From Squalus acanthias (lineage: Eukaryota): a DNA stretch of 64,000 nt. The stretch covers positions 40,550,001 to 40,614,000 of the forward strand of contig CM059432.1 of NCBI GenBank assembly GCA_030390025.1, read 5' to 3'. Positions 40,156 through 52,285 of the stretch are shown piece by piece. Each line of letters starts with the position of its first letter. Positions within the stretch are counted from its first letter, which is position 1. The position numbers and the translations under genes were made by a program. The notes under the pieces were generated by a model, which was not told the origin of the DNA, ran no database searches, and saw nothing but the letters and a program-made list of their open reading frames with translations.

Positions 40156-41749
40156 ATCGGATTAATCGCCAGTGGCTGGAAAGTATGCGTGTGTCGACAC
40201 CAAGTGAGGAAAGGATAGGGCTCAGCTGTGATGCCCCCAGTGGTCAAATAGCCACATAGGATGAAAATGGAGGCGGCTAAATAACATACTGGAACTTATT
40301 ATCCTGACTTCCTTGAAAGGAAGACCAGTTTAAACAAACGTATTATAAAGTCTTCAAGAATCATTGTTTTTAAGAGGTTGAAAATGTATATCTTTATACG
40401 CCAGAAATGCAGCGTAACTGGGAAAGCTTTCTATCCGAGGTCTTCTCCCTCTTTAGGTCTGGGAGCTCCTCAGTTGATATCAGACATGGAGCAGAGGCCA
40501 AGCAGCTCCATTGGAAATAATACAGAACTCTACCCTTTCCTTTCTTCGATGCTGGTCAGGAGATACCTGAACTGGGACCAGTCAAGCACACAGCAGGACA
40601 GACTGGAGCCACCTCAGTGGACAGCATGAACTCTGACTGGGGCCACTGATACTCATAATTCTACCAGATGGGCAAGGCTGAACTGTTCAGCTGCTAACTT
40701 TACATCTGCGTTGGATGCAGAAAAACTCCACTGGCTCTTTTATAGTCGGTTTTGCACACCACTCGGAATGCATTCAAAGTCGTGTCATTCCAATAATTGT
40801 GTTTCCTGCCTGCACGACGCCGAACATCATTTGGTCTCCGGCTTGGGGATGCACTTAGCATTGGTGCACTTTCAAATTCACTTCCCCCCAACCACATGGA
40901 ACTACCTATATGCACCTCATTAGAAACAATGTCTCTTCTCATTCTTCACCCGACACATTTCCCCTGTCCCCCCAAATAATGAAGAATTTGGAATAATCTG
41001 GAAAAAATGAAAGATGGTACTGAATTTTAAATAACGACGACGCACAATTTCACAAGCGCCAGCTCAAGCTATGTGTCAGAGGAATTGTACTTGCATGGCT
41101 TTCTAATTCTTCGGTAATGAAATGGGCAACATATTTTAAGTTAAGCAACTGAGATGTGAAATCATCTGTGATATCAATGCTCTAAAGACTTCCATTCTGC
41201 CGACATTTTAAAATGAGTGGAATCCTGTCAAACTTGTTCTTGTAGAAGAAAGCTATTTACTGCTGACTTAGTTAATTGAGAAACTTGCTGTGCAATTATG
41301 TGTGGCATGTCTCTCTAATGGTCTTCAGCGTCTGGCTTCTCCGAGCTGGCACCTCCGGAATGCCATGCTGATTAACATCCCTGCTGACAGCACAGCTTTA
41401 TTTTCCCTTTCAGCACCTTCCATAATTGACTATTGGTACACGTCTCACTGGGAAACAGAAATGGGTTCTTTCTCCTTAAGGAACCCCAGGTTAAAAAGGC
41501 AGCATCCTTTAAGTTAAACCATGATAGATTGTACTTGCTTACTGTAAACTGAACATCTGCTTGAATTTGCTTAAGAATTTCCACAACGTTCAACGACTTC
41601 TAGGAAACATTTATTAGATTCCAACAGATTTTCCTGATGGTAATCAGAGCGAACCTGGAAAGTATTATCCATAAAATTGAGATCCTCCTCCCTTTCCTTT
41701 GTGTGTGAGAGGCAAGGCCTTAGGGGAGCAAGTAGAACAAAGTTGATTC

Positions 41750-42658
41750 ATAACAAGTACCGTTGTCAAATCTTGTCATAAAAGAACTTTCACTACACCC
41801 CTTTAACCAGGTTTTGGGATAGAATAAAGGTGATGGTACAAGAAGTACTGCTGTCAAATCTTCTTACAAAATCAGCTGCGGGAAACCTCTTAAATCAGAT
41901 GTGGTAAAATGGGAGTGATGCTATAACAACAACAACTTGCATTTATATAGCACCTTTAACATAGTAAAACATCCCAAGGCGCTTCACAGGAGCGTTATCA
42001 AACAAAATTTGCCACCGAGCCACATAAGGAGCTATATGGGCAGATGAAGAGGTCGGGTTTAAGCAGCGTCTTGAAGGAGGAAAGGGAGGTAGAGAGGCGG
42101 AGGTTTAGGGCCTCAGCAGTTGAAGACACGGCTGCCATGGTGGAGCAGTTAATTCGGAGATGCGCAAGAGGCCAGAGTTGGAGGAGTGCAGATATCTCTA
42201 GGGTTGTAGGGCTGGAGGAGGTCAGCGACAGCGAGGGGTTGGGTGTCGTCAGCGTACATGTGGAAACTGATGCTGTGTTTTCGGATGGTGTCGCCAAGGG
42301 GCAGCATGTAGATGAGAAATAGGAGGGGGCCAAGGATCGATCCTTGGGGGACACCAGAGGTAATGGTGCGGGAGCGGGAAGAGAAGCCATTGCACGTGAT
42401 TCTCTGGCTATGACTGGATAGTTAAGAAAGGAACCAGGCGAGTGCAGTCCCACCCAGCTGGATGAGGGAGGAGAGGCGTTGGAGGAGGATGGTGTGGTCA
42501 ACCATATCAAAGGCTGCAGACAGGTCGAGAAGGACGAGGAGGGATAGTTACCACGGTCACAGTCACATAATAAGTACTGCTGTCAGAACTCGCCATAAAT
42601 TCAACTTAAAACCCTCTTAAGGCAGGTTATGGGGTAGAATGAGGTGATGGTATAACAA
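41750..42658. repeat. degenerate ~88-bp tandem repeat (3 units) split by an L2 insertion
   Basis: AAGTAC(T/C)G(C/T)TGTCA..GTGATG(G/C)TA units anchored at 41755, 41843, 42572. Confidence 0.7.
41925..42566 (-). mobile_element. L2 LINE fragment with internal deletions
   Basis: (CAA)n-CTTGCATTTATATAG tail; RT segment matching 21415-21690. Confidence 0.85.
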
Positions 42659-42748
42659 GGCATAGCCAGTACACAAACATGGAGCTTCATCCTTAAAAAC
42701 TTTGGACCAGATCTTTTAAAAAGTGTAATGTAGCGAGCTTGTACCTGT

Positions 42749-42978
42749 CACAGACCTTCCCTTTTGTTCTTTCATCCCCTCCCCCATGTCCCAGCCCCTA
42801 CCCTTGCTTAAAAATCTGTTCCATTTCCTGCTTTTTTCCAGTTCTGACGAAAGGTTATCGACCTGAAACGTTAACTCTGTTTCTCTCTTCACAGATGCTG
42901 CCTGACCTGCTGAGTATCTCCAGCATTTCCTGTTTTTATTTCAGATTTCCAGCATCTGCAGTATTTTCTTTTTGTATT
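42749..42978 (+). mobile_element. solo PLE pLTR (family B)
   Basis: 14-bp TSD GAGCTTGTACCTGT at 42735-42748 and 42979-42992; contains a hammerhead motif; similar to 44098-44303. Confidence 0.85.
42840..42876 (+). ncRNA. minimal type I hammerhead ribozyme motif (intact core)
   Basis: AGUU CUGACGA A AGGU UAUCG ACCU GAAA CGUU AACU; palindromic AACGUU stem III. Confidence 0.8.
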
Positions 42979-43114
42979 GAGCTTGTACCTGTATCTATTA
43001 TCAAAAGCTGTTTTCAGTGAACTTCCGTGTCACCACAGATCAGTGCAAATTGCATTCAGAGGTTGTGAATGGCACAGTCTGCAGCCTCGGAATGTCAATA
43101 AGGATCATTTGAAT

Positions 43115-43560
43115 GTAAAATCTTGCATTTATATAGTGTCTTGTGTACTCAGGAAGTTCCAAAATGTTTTCCACACAAGTTACTTATAAAATGTAGTCAA
43201 TATTATTTTATAGGTAAACACAGCAGCCAATTTGTACACAGCAAAGACCCTCAACTGTGATGGAGATAAGTGACAAGTTAAAATGTTTTTGGTGGTGTTG
43301 GTTGAGGGAGGAGATTGGCCAGAACACCAGGAGAACTCACTGCTCTTCTTAAAACAGTGCCATAAGATCTTTTACATCCAATTGAACAGGCAGACGGCCT
43401 TGGTTTAACATCTCACCCATAAGACAGCACTTCCAACAATGCAACACTCCCTCATTAATGCACCAAAGTGTCAGCATGGACTATGTACTTCAATTCTGGA
43501 GTGGGGCTACAACCTCCAACCTTCAGAGGCAAGAGCACAGCCACTGAGTCAAGCTGACAC
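43115..43560 (-). mobile_element. DeuSINE-like SINE, near full length
   Basis: reverse complement of the 263-511 type body plus tRNA-like head (CCACTGAGTCAAG). Confidence 0.7.
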
Positions 43561-44097
43561 TTGAACTAGTGTGGGATTTGCAAAAGTCACTTATTCCTGA
43601 CTAATGAGCGATATACTTTAACCTAACTTTTATTTTCAGTTGCCGCAACAGTAACCATAGCTGCTCTAATGTCAAAACGCCTTATTTAGCACGCAAAACA
43701 ATATTTTATCAACTTAAAGTTCAAGGCTGTAACACTACAAGGGATTTCAAAAACTTTTAACGCATTCGGCCCCAGACTAAAGTAACAGCGGAAATCCGTG
43801 CGTCACCAAGTAACAAAAATGTGTCCAAGATTTGTTTAAAAGAAATTGAATTTAAAAGTACTTTAAGCACTCCAATGCCTCAGTGGGTGAACACACCATG
43901 TGACGTGTACGGAGGTACACAAACCGGGAAGGTCTCTGCTGAATTAGGTGCTACAATCACTATTCAGTGGATCCTGCTGGAAGTCTGTGTACAAGTCAGG
44001 TGAAGACAGAATGAGGCTTGATTTTAATGATCTCACAGTTAAACTGCCTGTTATCCTTCACCATTCAGAGTCACACAAAGAACAGTTTAAAGAAGTA

Positions 44098-44303
44098 CGA
44101 TAACAAAATACTGCGGATGCTGGAAATCCGAAATAACAACAGAAAACGCTGGAAAAACTCAGCAGGCCAGGCAACATCCGTGGAGAGAGAAACAGAGTTA
44201 ACGTTTCCGACGAAGGGTTTCGACCTGAAACGTTAACTCTGTTTCTCTCTCCACGGATGTTGCCTGGCCTGCTGAGTTTTTCCAGCGTTTTCTGTTGTTA
44301 TTT
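44098..44303. mobile_element. non-coding palindromic PLE mini-element (family B)
   Basis: perfect 77-bp inverted arms 44131-44207 / 44227-44303; 14-bp TSD AGTTTAAA(G/T)AAGTA at 44084-44097 and 44304-44317. Confidence 0.9.
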
Positions 44304-45738
44304 AGTTTAAATAAGTAACCGTGATCCAGCATGAGTCACCAGGAGAGGAAGGGTTAAATTTAACATTTTGCAAAGAGCCTTGGGCAAGTGCTGTCTTTGT
44401 ACTCTGTTTGTGTACTTATAAACATAATTACTTACCCAGCAGTGTTAAGTGGCAGTGGCTCTGTTAATGGACGGCAGATAATGAGATTGGCAATCCAACA
44501 GGGCAACTTCAATAAGAAATTATTTCTGGGAGGTGTGCAGTCAGAACCAGAAGGGGAGATTTTAGAATGATGTTTGGATTTGGTTTCATTATTTTATCTT
44601 TTTGTCATGGTGGTGGTTGTGGTTTAGGAGTTATTTTTTATTTATCTCCCTGCTTCTTATCTGAATCTATCTACATCATGCTGCACTCACTCCTGCTCTC
44701 AGGGCTATTCCAGTGCCACTGTTAGATGCAGCACAAAAATACATCAACCAAAGCCGGAGCCTATTTCCCTTATGGTGGTTGGTTCTTCGATTTTTCTCCT
44801 CCCTACAGGGAAGATTTGGGCTTTGCCTACCCATTTTCACACTGACCGAAACCATCACTTTATAGTTTTTAGAATTGTTACCATTTTGGAATGGAACATC
44901 TTCAGAGTGATTTCTCCACAGAGTGACAGGCAGATGGGAAACCCATTTGTCAGAGTAAACATATATAATCACATAATGCTAACATATGCTGAACTAATGT
45001 CCCCCAGACAGCACCATGTTCAGGCTCAAGTACAGATCTGTTCCAGTGAATGGGTTAAATTTCTTTTAAAAATCTGGGTTTCCTTGACCAAAGCTAAAGA
45101 TTCTTGAGACAGGATAACATGCTGAACTGATTTTAATACCTAGAAAAACATCTGGGAGGTCTTACTAAAAAGGACAATATCCCTTTTATCTTTTGACCAA
45201 AACAACAGCATTACTGCACGCAAATCATACTGTATTATTCTTTTTTGCTTTGTTCCTAGATGGTTTGTTATGTTTCTCAGCTCTGCTTTTCATTGGAAAT
45301 TGATGGAACATCCTTTCTACAGATGTTGCATGAAAGAAAAGTGCCGGTGCTTGAAAGCTGAGCTGTTCGGTCAGTGGGTCGAGGGACTATAGCTTGTCTC
45401 GATCTCCCAAGTAGCTGGTCGCAGGGCCAGTTCTCAGAGGTACTGAAACTGGATCTAGGAGATGACATAGATCATTTAAAAAGTGACTATGCTGGAACAA
45501 TCAGTGTCGCCACATCAAGAAGTGGAAGATATCTTCTTTCTCACCAGGGCTAACTTACTTTTAATGTGGGAAAACTGCAGACACTTAAAGGCATTATTAT
45601 TGCATGTTTGACCTGAACTTTTGCTTGAAGCCAATATGGCAGTTAGCTGATTCAAAAAGACTTTCTAGCATTTTGCCCAATAACTGGTAACAATGCCACG
45701 GTACCTGATTTTCATTTTTTTTTTTTTAAAAAGATATG

Positions 45739-46120
45739 GGCCTGAATTCTGCTGTTGACATGTTTGCAGCAAGGCAAGACACCTAGGCAAAATAACTAGC
45801 AAAGTGAATCCGCCACGAACCCACTGTAATTCCCTCCCAGAACCCTCATTAGCCACACAGGGTAATGTGAAGATACTTTGCAGAGGTAATTATTTGGGGT
45901 GGAAATGGGGGTGGGAATGGGGTGCAAGGATTGGCTACACCTCTTTGCCCCCAGTTAAATGTGGTAGAACAGGCTTGAGGCGGGCTTTAAAGGAAACTGG
46001 CGTTTCTTTGGGAAGAGAAATCAGGTGCAGTATTTTTGTGGTGGATATTAGGCATTTTGCCCCATTTACCACCCCGAATCTGCCTCAAAACAGGTGGGAA
46101 TTCAGAGGGAAATTCAGGCC
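45739..46120. mobile_element. MITE-like element
   Basis: GGCCTGAATT ... AATTCAGGCC inverted termini. Confidence 0.5.
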
Positions 46121-46579
46121 AGAGAGTCCTACCTTCAGCCTCCTCTCCCTCACCAAAAGTATATGAATTATTAAAATACCCTATAATTTGCACTAATTTC
46201 CTGTTGTTCAAATAGTGAGTGCTGACTTAAGTATAACCACCAACAAAATGATGGTAGGGACACTTCAGACACAATACCCTGCCCATATGCTTTTGTTTAA
46301 CTCAAGCAAACTGTTAATCTTGACAATAAATGTGAAGAAAACTAGCAATAAAAAGCCATCAACCTCACACCTTTCTTGTTGCTCAGGATATTGGTTGTGG
46401 TAAGTGCCAAAAATTGTCTGTCTCTCCTCCTTCACATCTATTTATGTCATTTCCTCCTTTACTTCTATTTATGTCACTCCCTCCTTCATCTGTTTCTCTC
46501 ATTTTCTTTCTCCTTCATGTCTTTTGCTCACTCAGTTTCTCCTCCATGTCTGTTTCTCACTCTCAACCAATAGCACTAT

Positions 46580-46760
46580 AAACAGATTAACTGGTCATTT
46601 AACTCATTGCTGTTTGTAGGACCTTGCTGTGTGCAAATTGGCCGCCGCATTTGCCTGCAAAATAAAAATAACTACACTTCATAAGTAATTAATTGGCTGT
46701 AAAGTGCTTTGCGATATCCTGAGGATGTGTAAGGCATTATATAAATCCAATTTCTTTATT
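46580..46760 (+). mobile_element. DeuSINE-like 3' fragment
   Basis: AAACAGATTAACTGGTCATT..TTGCTGTGTGCAAATTGGCCGCC..CCTGAGGATGTG. Confidence 0.7.
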
Positions 46761-47499
46761 TATGTATTTATGATAACTTTGTTGTGCTGATGTCACAGTC
46801 ATTAACCCTCTTCAAACTGACAGCTGTTGTCAGCAACAACAAAAAGAAAAAGGACCGAGAACTAAATAAGACCCATCATTCAAAGACACCAAGGAGTGAT
46901 TTCAACATTACAATCTAATCTTGAGGTTCAGATCACACTTATAAATCATTCATGCTTCACTCTTATAGCCTCATAAGAACCCCTTTAAGCGAGTTACTTC
47001 TTGTGTTGCTTCCAGCTATCCATTACCTTCTGTATAATAAAATCCACCTAGCTGATGGTATTGTCGGTAGTCCTTCATTCTCAGTAGTGCCTTGAATTAT
47101 AAGAATAAATTTTAACAGCAGCATATTCCAGGAACACATTCAAAATAATTTAAAAACCTGCACAAAATCCATACCAACCCAACTGTCTGCCAATAGCTTT
47201 CCTGAATGAACAGAAAACCTCAAGCTGATGAAACAAGCTCACAGTTTAATCATCTCACTCTCCTACTCAGCACAAACATAATGGTTTTGTGTGACAGAAG
47301 ACGACCAGTAGTTCCAGTCTGAGTTACCTTACAAGTCAAACGCTGTCTATTCTATTTTCAAATGCTCCAGTTGGGATTGTTTATGTACCCCACCAAATTG
47401 TATTTATCAGACATAAAATAAGTAATACTGAGCAATCGTAAAATGATGAACTGTCAAAGATAAAAGAACTTGCATTTATATAGCATCTTTCATGTTCTC

Positions 47500-50400
47500 T
47501 AGATTGTCAGACTGCTTGTCCGACATCCTTTTTTTAAAATTCATTTATGGGATGTGGGCATCGCTGGCAAGGCCAGCATTTATTGCCCATCCCTAATTGC
47601 CCTTGAGAAGGTGGTGGTGAGCCGCCTTCTTAAACCGCTGCAGTCCGTGTGGTGAAGGTACTCCCACAGTGCTGTTAGGTAGGGAGTTCCAGGATTTTCA
47701 GCCAGCGACGATGAAGGATCGACGATATACTTCAAAGTCAGGATTGTGTGTGACTTGGAGGGGAACTTGCAGGTGGTGGTGTTCCTATGCGCCTGCTGCC
47801 CCTGTCCTTCTAGGTGGTAGAGGTCACGGGTTTGGGAGGTGCTGCCGAAGAAGCCTCGGCAAGTTGCTGCAGTGCATCTTGTAGATAGTACACACTGCAG
47901 CCACGGTATGCCGGTGGTGGATGGAGTGCCAATCAAGCAGGCTGCTTTGTCCTGGATGGTGTCGAGCTTCTTGAGTGTTGTTGGAGCTGCACACATCCAG
48001 GCAAGTGGATAGTATTCCATCACACTCCTTACTTGTGCCTTGTAGATGGTGGAAAGGCTTTGGGGAGTCAGGAGGTGAGACACTCACTGCAGAATACCTA
48101 GCCTCTGACCTGCTCTTGTTGCCACAGTATTTATGTGGCTGGTCCAGTTAAGTTTCTGGTCAATGGTGACCCCCAGGATGTTGATGGTGGGGGATTCGGC
48201 GATGGTAATGCCATTGAATGTCAAGGGGAGGTGGTTAGACTCTCGCTTGTTGGATATAATCATTGCCTGGCACTTCTGTGGCGCGAGTGTTACCTGCCAC
48301 TTATCAGCCCAAGCCTGAATGTCGTCCAGGTCTTGTTGCATGTAGGCGTGGACTGCTTCATTATCTGAGGAGTTATGAATGGTGCTGAACACTGTGCAGT
48401 CATCAGCAAACATCCCCATTTCTGATCTTATGTTGGAGGGAAGATCATTGATGAAGCAGCTGAAATTGGTCAGGCCCAGGACACTGCCCTGAGGTACTCC
48501 TGCAGCGATGTCCTGGGGCTGTGATGATTGACCTTGAACCACCACAACCATCTCCCTTTGTGCTAGGTATGACTCCAGCCAGTGGAGCATTTGCCCCCCG
48601 ATTCCCATTGACTTTAGTTTTACTAGGGGTCCTTGATGCTACACTCGGTCAAATGCTGCCTTGATGTCAAGGGCAGTCACTCTCACCTCACCTCTGGAAT
48701 TCAGCTCCTTTGTCCATGTTTGGACCAAGGCTGCAATGAGGTCTGGAGCCGAGTGGTCTTGGCGGAACCCAAACTGGGCATCAGTGAGCAGGTTTTTTGG
48801 TGAGTAAGTGCCGCTTGATAACACTGTTGACGACACCTTCCATCACTTTGCTGATGATTGAGAGTAGACTGATGGGGTGATAATTGGCCGGGTTGGATTT
48901 GTCCTGCTTTTTGTGGACAGGACATATCTAGGCAGTTTTCCACATTGTCAGATAGGTGCCATTGTTGTAGCTGTACTGGAACAGCTTGGCTAGAGGTGCG
49001 GCTAGTTCTGGAGCACAAGTCCTCGGTACGATAGCCGGGATGTTGTCGGGGCCCATAGCCTTTGCTGTATCCAGTGCGCTCAGCTGTTTCTTGATATCAC
49101 ATGGAGTGAATCGAATTGGCTGAAGACTGGCTTCTGTGATGGTGGGGACCTCCGGAGTAGGCCGATATGGATCATTCACTTGGCACTTCTGGCTGAAGAT
49201 GGTTGCAAACGCTTCAGCCTTGTCTTTTGCACTCACGTGCTGGGCTGCATCATCATTGAGGATGGGGATATTCATGGAGCCTCCTCCTCCCGTTAGTCAT
49301 TTAATGGTCCACCACCATTCACAACTGGAGGTGGCAGGACTGCAGAGCTTTGATCTGATCCGTTGATTGTGGGATCGCTTAGCCCTGTCTATAGCATGCT
49401 GCTTCCGCTTTTTAACATGCAAGTAGTCCTGTGTTGCAGCTTCCCCAGGTTGGCACCTCATTTTTAGGTACACCTGGTGCTGCTCTTGGCATGCTCTCTT
49501 CAACACTCCTTATTGAACCAAGATTGGTCCCCTGGCTTGATGGTAATGGTAGAGTGAGGGATATGCCGGGCCATGAGGTTAGAGATTGTGGTGGAATACA
49601 ATTCTGCTGCTGCTGATGGCCCACAGCGCCTCATGGATGCCCAGTTTTGAGCTGCTAGATCTGTTCTGAATCTATCCCATTTAGCACGGTGGTAGTGCCA
49701 CACAACACGACGGAGGGTGTCCTCAGTGTGAAGACGGGACTTCGTCTTCACAAGGACTGTGCGGTGGTCACTGCTACCAATACTGTCATGGACAGATGCA
49801 TCTGCGACAGGTAGATTGGTGAGGACGAGGTCAAGTAGGTTTTTCCCACTCATGTTGGTTCTCTCACCACCTGCCGCAGGCCCAGACTGGCAGTTATGTC
49901 CTTCAGGACTCAGCCAGCTCGGTCAGTAGTGGTGCTACCGAGCCACTCTTTGTGATGGAAATTGAAGTCCCCCACCCAGAGTATATTCTGTGCCCTTGCT
50001 ACCGTCAGTGCTTCTTCCAAGTGGTATTCAACATGGAGGAGTACTGATTCATCAGCTGAGGGAGGGCGGTAGGTGGTAATCAGCAGGAGGTTTCCTTGCC
50101 CATGCTTGACCTGAAGCCATGAGACTTCATGGGGTCCGGAGTCAATGTTGAGGACTCCCAGGGCCACTCCTTCCCGACTGTATACCACTGTGCCACCACC
50201 CCTGGTGGGTCTGTCATGCCAGTGGGACAGGACATACCCAGGGATGGTGATGGAGGAGTTTGGGACATTGGCTGATGAGCAGAAATTTCCTCCAACTAAA
50301 TATTGGGAAGACCGAAGCCATTGTCTTCGGTCCCCACAAACTCCATTTCCTCGCCACGGACTCCATCCCTCGCCCTGGCAACTGTCTGAGGCTGAGCCAG

Positions 50401-51070
50401 ACTGTTCGCACCTTAGTGTCGTATTTGACCCCGAACTGAGCTTCTGACCACATATCCACTCCATCACCAAGACAGCCTACTTCCACCTCCGTAACATCGC
50501 CTGCCTCAGCTCATCCATGCCTTTGTTACATCTAGATTTGACTATTCCAAAGCACTCCTGACTGGCCTCCCACATTCTACCCAATGTAAACTTGAGATCA
50601 TCTGAATCTTGGCTGCCCGTGTCCTAACTCACACCAAGTGTCGTTCACCCATCCCCCCTATGCTCGCTGACCTACATTGGCTCTCAGTTGAACGCCTCAA
50701 TTTTAAAATTCTCATCCTTGTTTTCAAATCCCCTCCATGGTCTTGCCCCTTCCTAGCTCTGTAACCTCCTCCAGCCCTACAACCCTCAGAGATATCTGCA
50801 CTCCTCCAATTCTGACCTCTTACGCATCCCCGATTTTAACCGCTCCACCATTGGCGGCCGTGCCTTCAGCTGCCGAGCTCCTAAGCTCTGGAATTCCCTC
50901 CCTAAACCTCTCTACCTCCCTTTCCTCCTTTAAGACGCTCCTTAAAACCTAGCCTCATCTGCCCTAATATCTCCTTCTGTGGCTCGGTGTCAAATATTGT
51001 TTGTTAATGCTCCTGTGAAGCACTTTGAGACATTTTACTACTTTAAAGGTGCTATATTAATGCAAGTTGT
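47500..51070 (+). mobile_element. L2 LINE 3' portion split into 47500-47528 and 50274-51070
   Basis: CAGACTGCTTGTCCGACATCC|GATGAGCAGAAATTTCC is nearly contiguous in the L2 copy at 21320-21370 (reverse complement); (TTG)n tail at 51066. Confidence 0.85.
47529..50273 (-). mobile_element. APE/RT LINE family X, 2.7 kb, degenerate
   Basis: IPGYVLSHWHDRPTRGGG..TYRPPS..WVGDFN; LLDLVLTN..GSSDH; KAMGPDNIP; QFGFRQDHS..LDIKAAFDRV; VPQGSVLG..FADDCT. Confidence 0.92.
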
Positions 51071-52285
51071 TGTTCTCAGGACATCTCAAAGTGCTTTACA
51101 GCAAAGGCATTACAATTAGAACTCAGCAAGGTCCCACAAACACCAAATGAATGAATGACCAGATCATCTGTTTTTTGTAGTGATGATTGAGGGAGGAATG
51201 TTGACAAAAACATGGAGAGAACTCCCTCCTCTCCTTTGAATAGTATCATGGGTCACCTAAACAGACAGAGTGGGTCTCAGTTTAACATCTAATTCAAAAG
51301 ACAGCACGGTCGTTAATGCAGCACTCCTTCAATATTGCATTGAAGTCTCAGTCTAAATGATGTGCTCAAATCCATAGTGGGGCTTGAACTTATGATCATC
51401 TGACCTAGAGACCAGAGTTCGACAAGCTGACACCTACACTGTTACAAGTCCATAATATGACAAAATAAGTCAATAATTAATAAAATATTTGAACAGGAAG
51501 ACGTTAGGATCATCAATGTACTGCACCACAGAGTGATACAACATGCAACCCTGCCCTTAATCCGACAAAACGCTGAGCTGTTGATTGCAGCCCCGCCACA
51601 GTAGATAGCTGTGGAGTGGGGACCAATTGCTTCCTGATGGGGATGGAAGAGTCGTTGAAGGCCCTCTGCCTCTTCTGGCTCACTATAACATGTTAGAACT
51701 ATAACACAAGATAATATGTTTTAAAAAGGAATCTTACCATTAGTGTACCTTCAGTAATAGCTCAAAAAGGTTTTTTCTCCCTTTTTGTCCTTTCCTCTCT
51801 ATAAGTCTCTACAGGTATATAAAAAGGAAGAGAGTAGCTAAAGTAAACATTGGATGAGACTGGGGAATTAATAATGCCACAGCAACTATCTCCAACAAGC
51901 GAGAGTCTAACCACTGCCCCATGACATTCAATGGCATTACCATCAACATCCTGGGGGTCACCATTGACCAGAAACTTAGACCAGAAACGACAAGTCCCCT
52001 GGACCAGATGGCCTGCATCCCAGGGTCTTAAAAGAAGTGGCTGCAGAGATAGTGGATGCATTGGTTGCAATATATCAAAATTCCCTGGAGAGGTCCCAGC
52101 GGATTGGAAAACCACAAATGTAACACCCCTATTTAAGAAAGGAGGGAGACAGAAAGCAGGAAACTATAGACCAGTTAGCCTAACATCTGTCATTGGGAAA
52201 ATGTTGGAGTCCATCATTAAGGAAGCGGTAGCAGGGCATTTGGAAAATCATAATGCAGTCAAGCAGAGTCAGCATGGTTTTATGA

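Larger units (their letters stand above)
47462..51432 (-). mobile_element. DeuSINE-like SINE split into 47462-47499 and 51071-51432 by a nested L2
   Basis: halves join as ..GCATCTTTCATGTTCTC|AGGACATCTCAAAGTGCTTTACAGC..; TGTTCTC duplicated at 47493-47499 and 51071-51077. Confidence 0.7.

Noticed and set aside
45310..45445. plus-strand coding exon (TTTCTACAG..GAG/GTACTG)
   Set aside because: all three frames contain stops; weak donor
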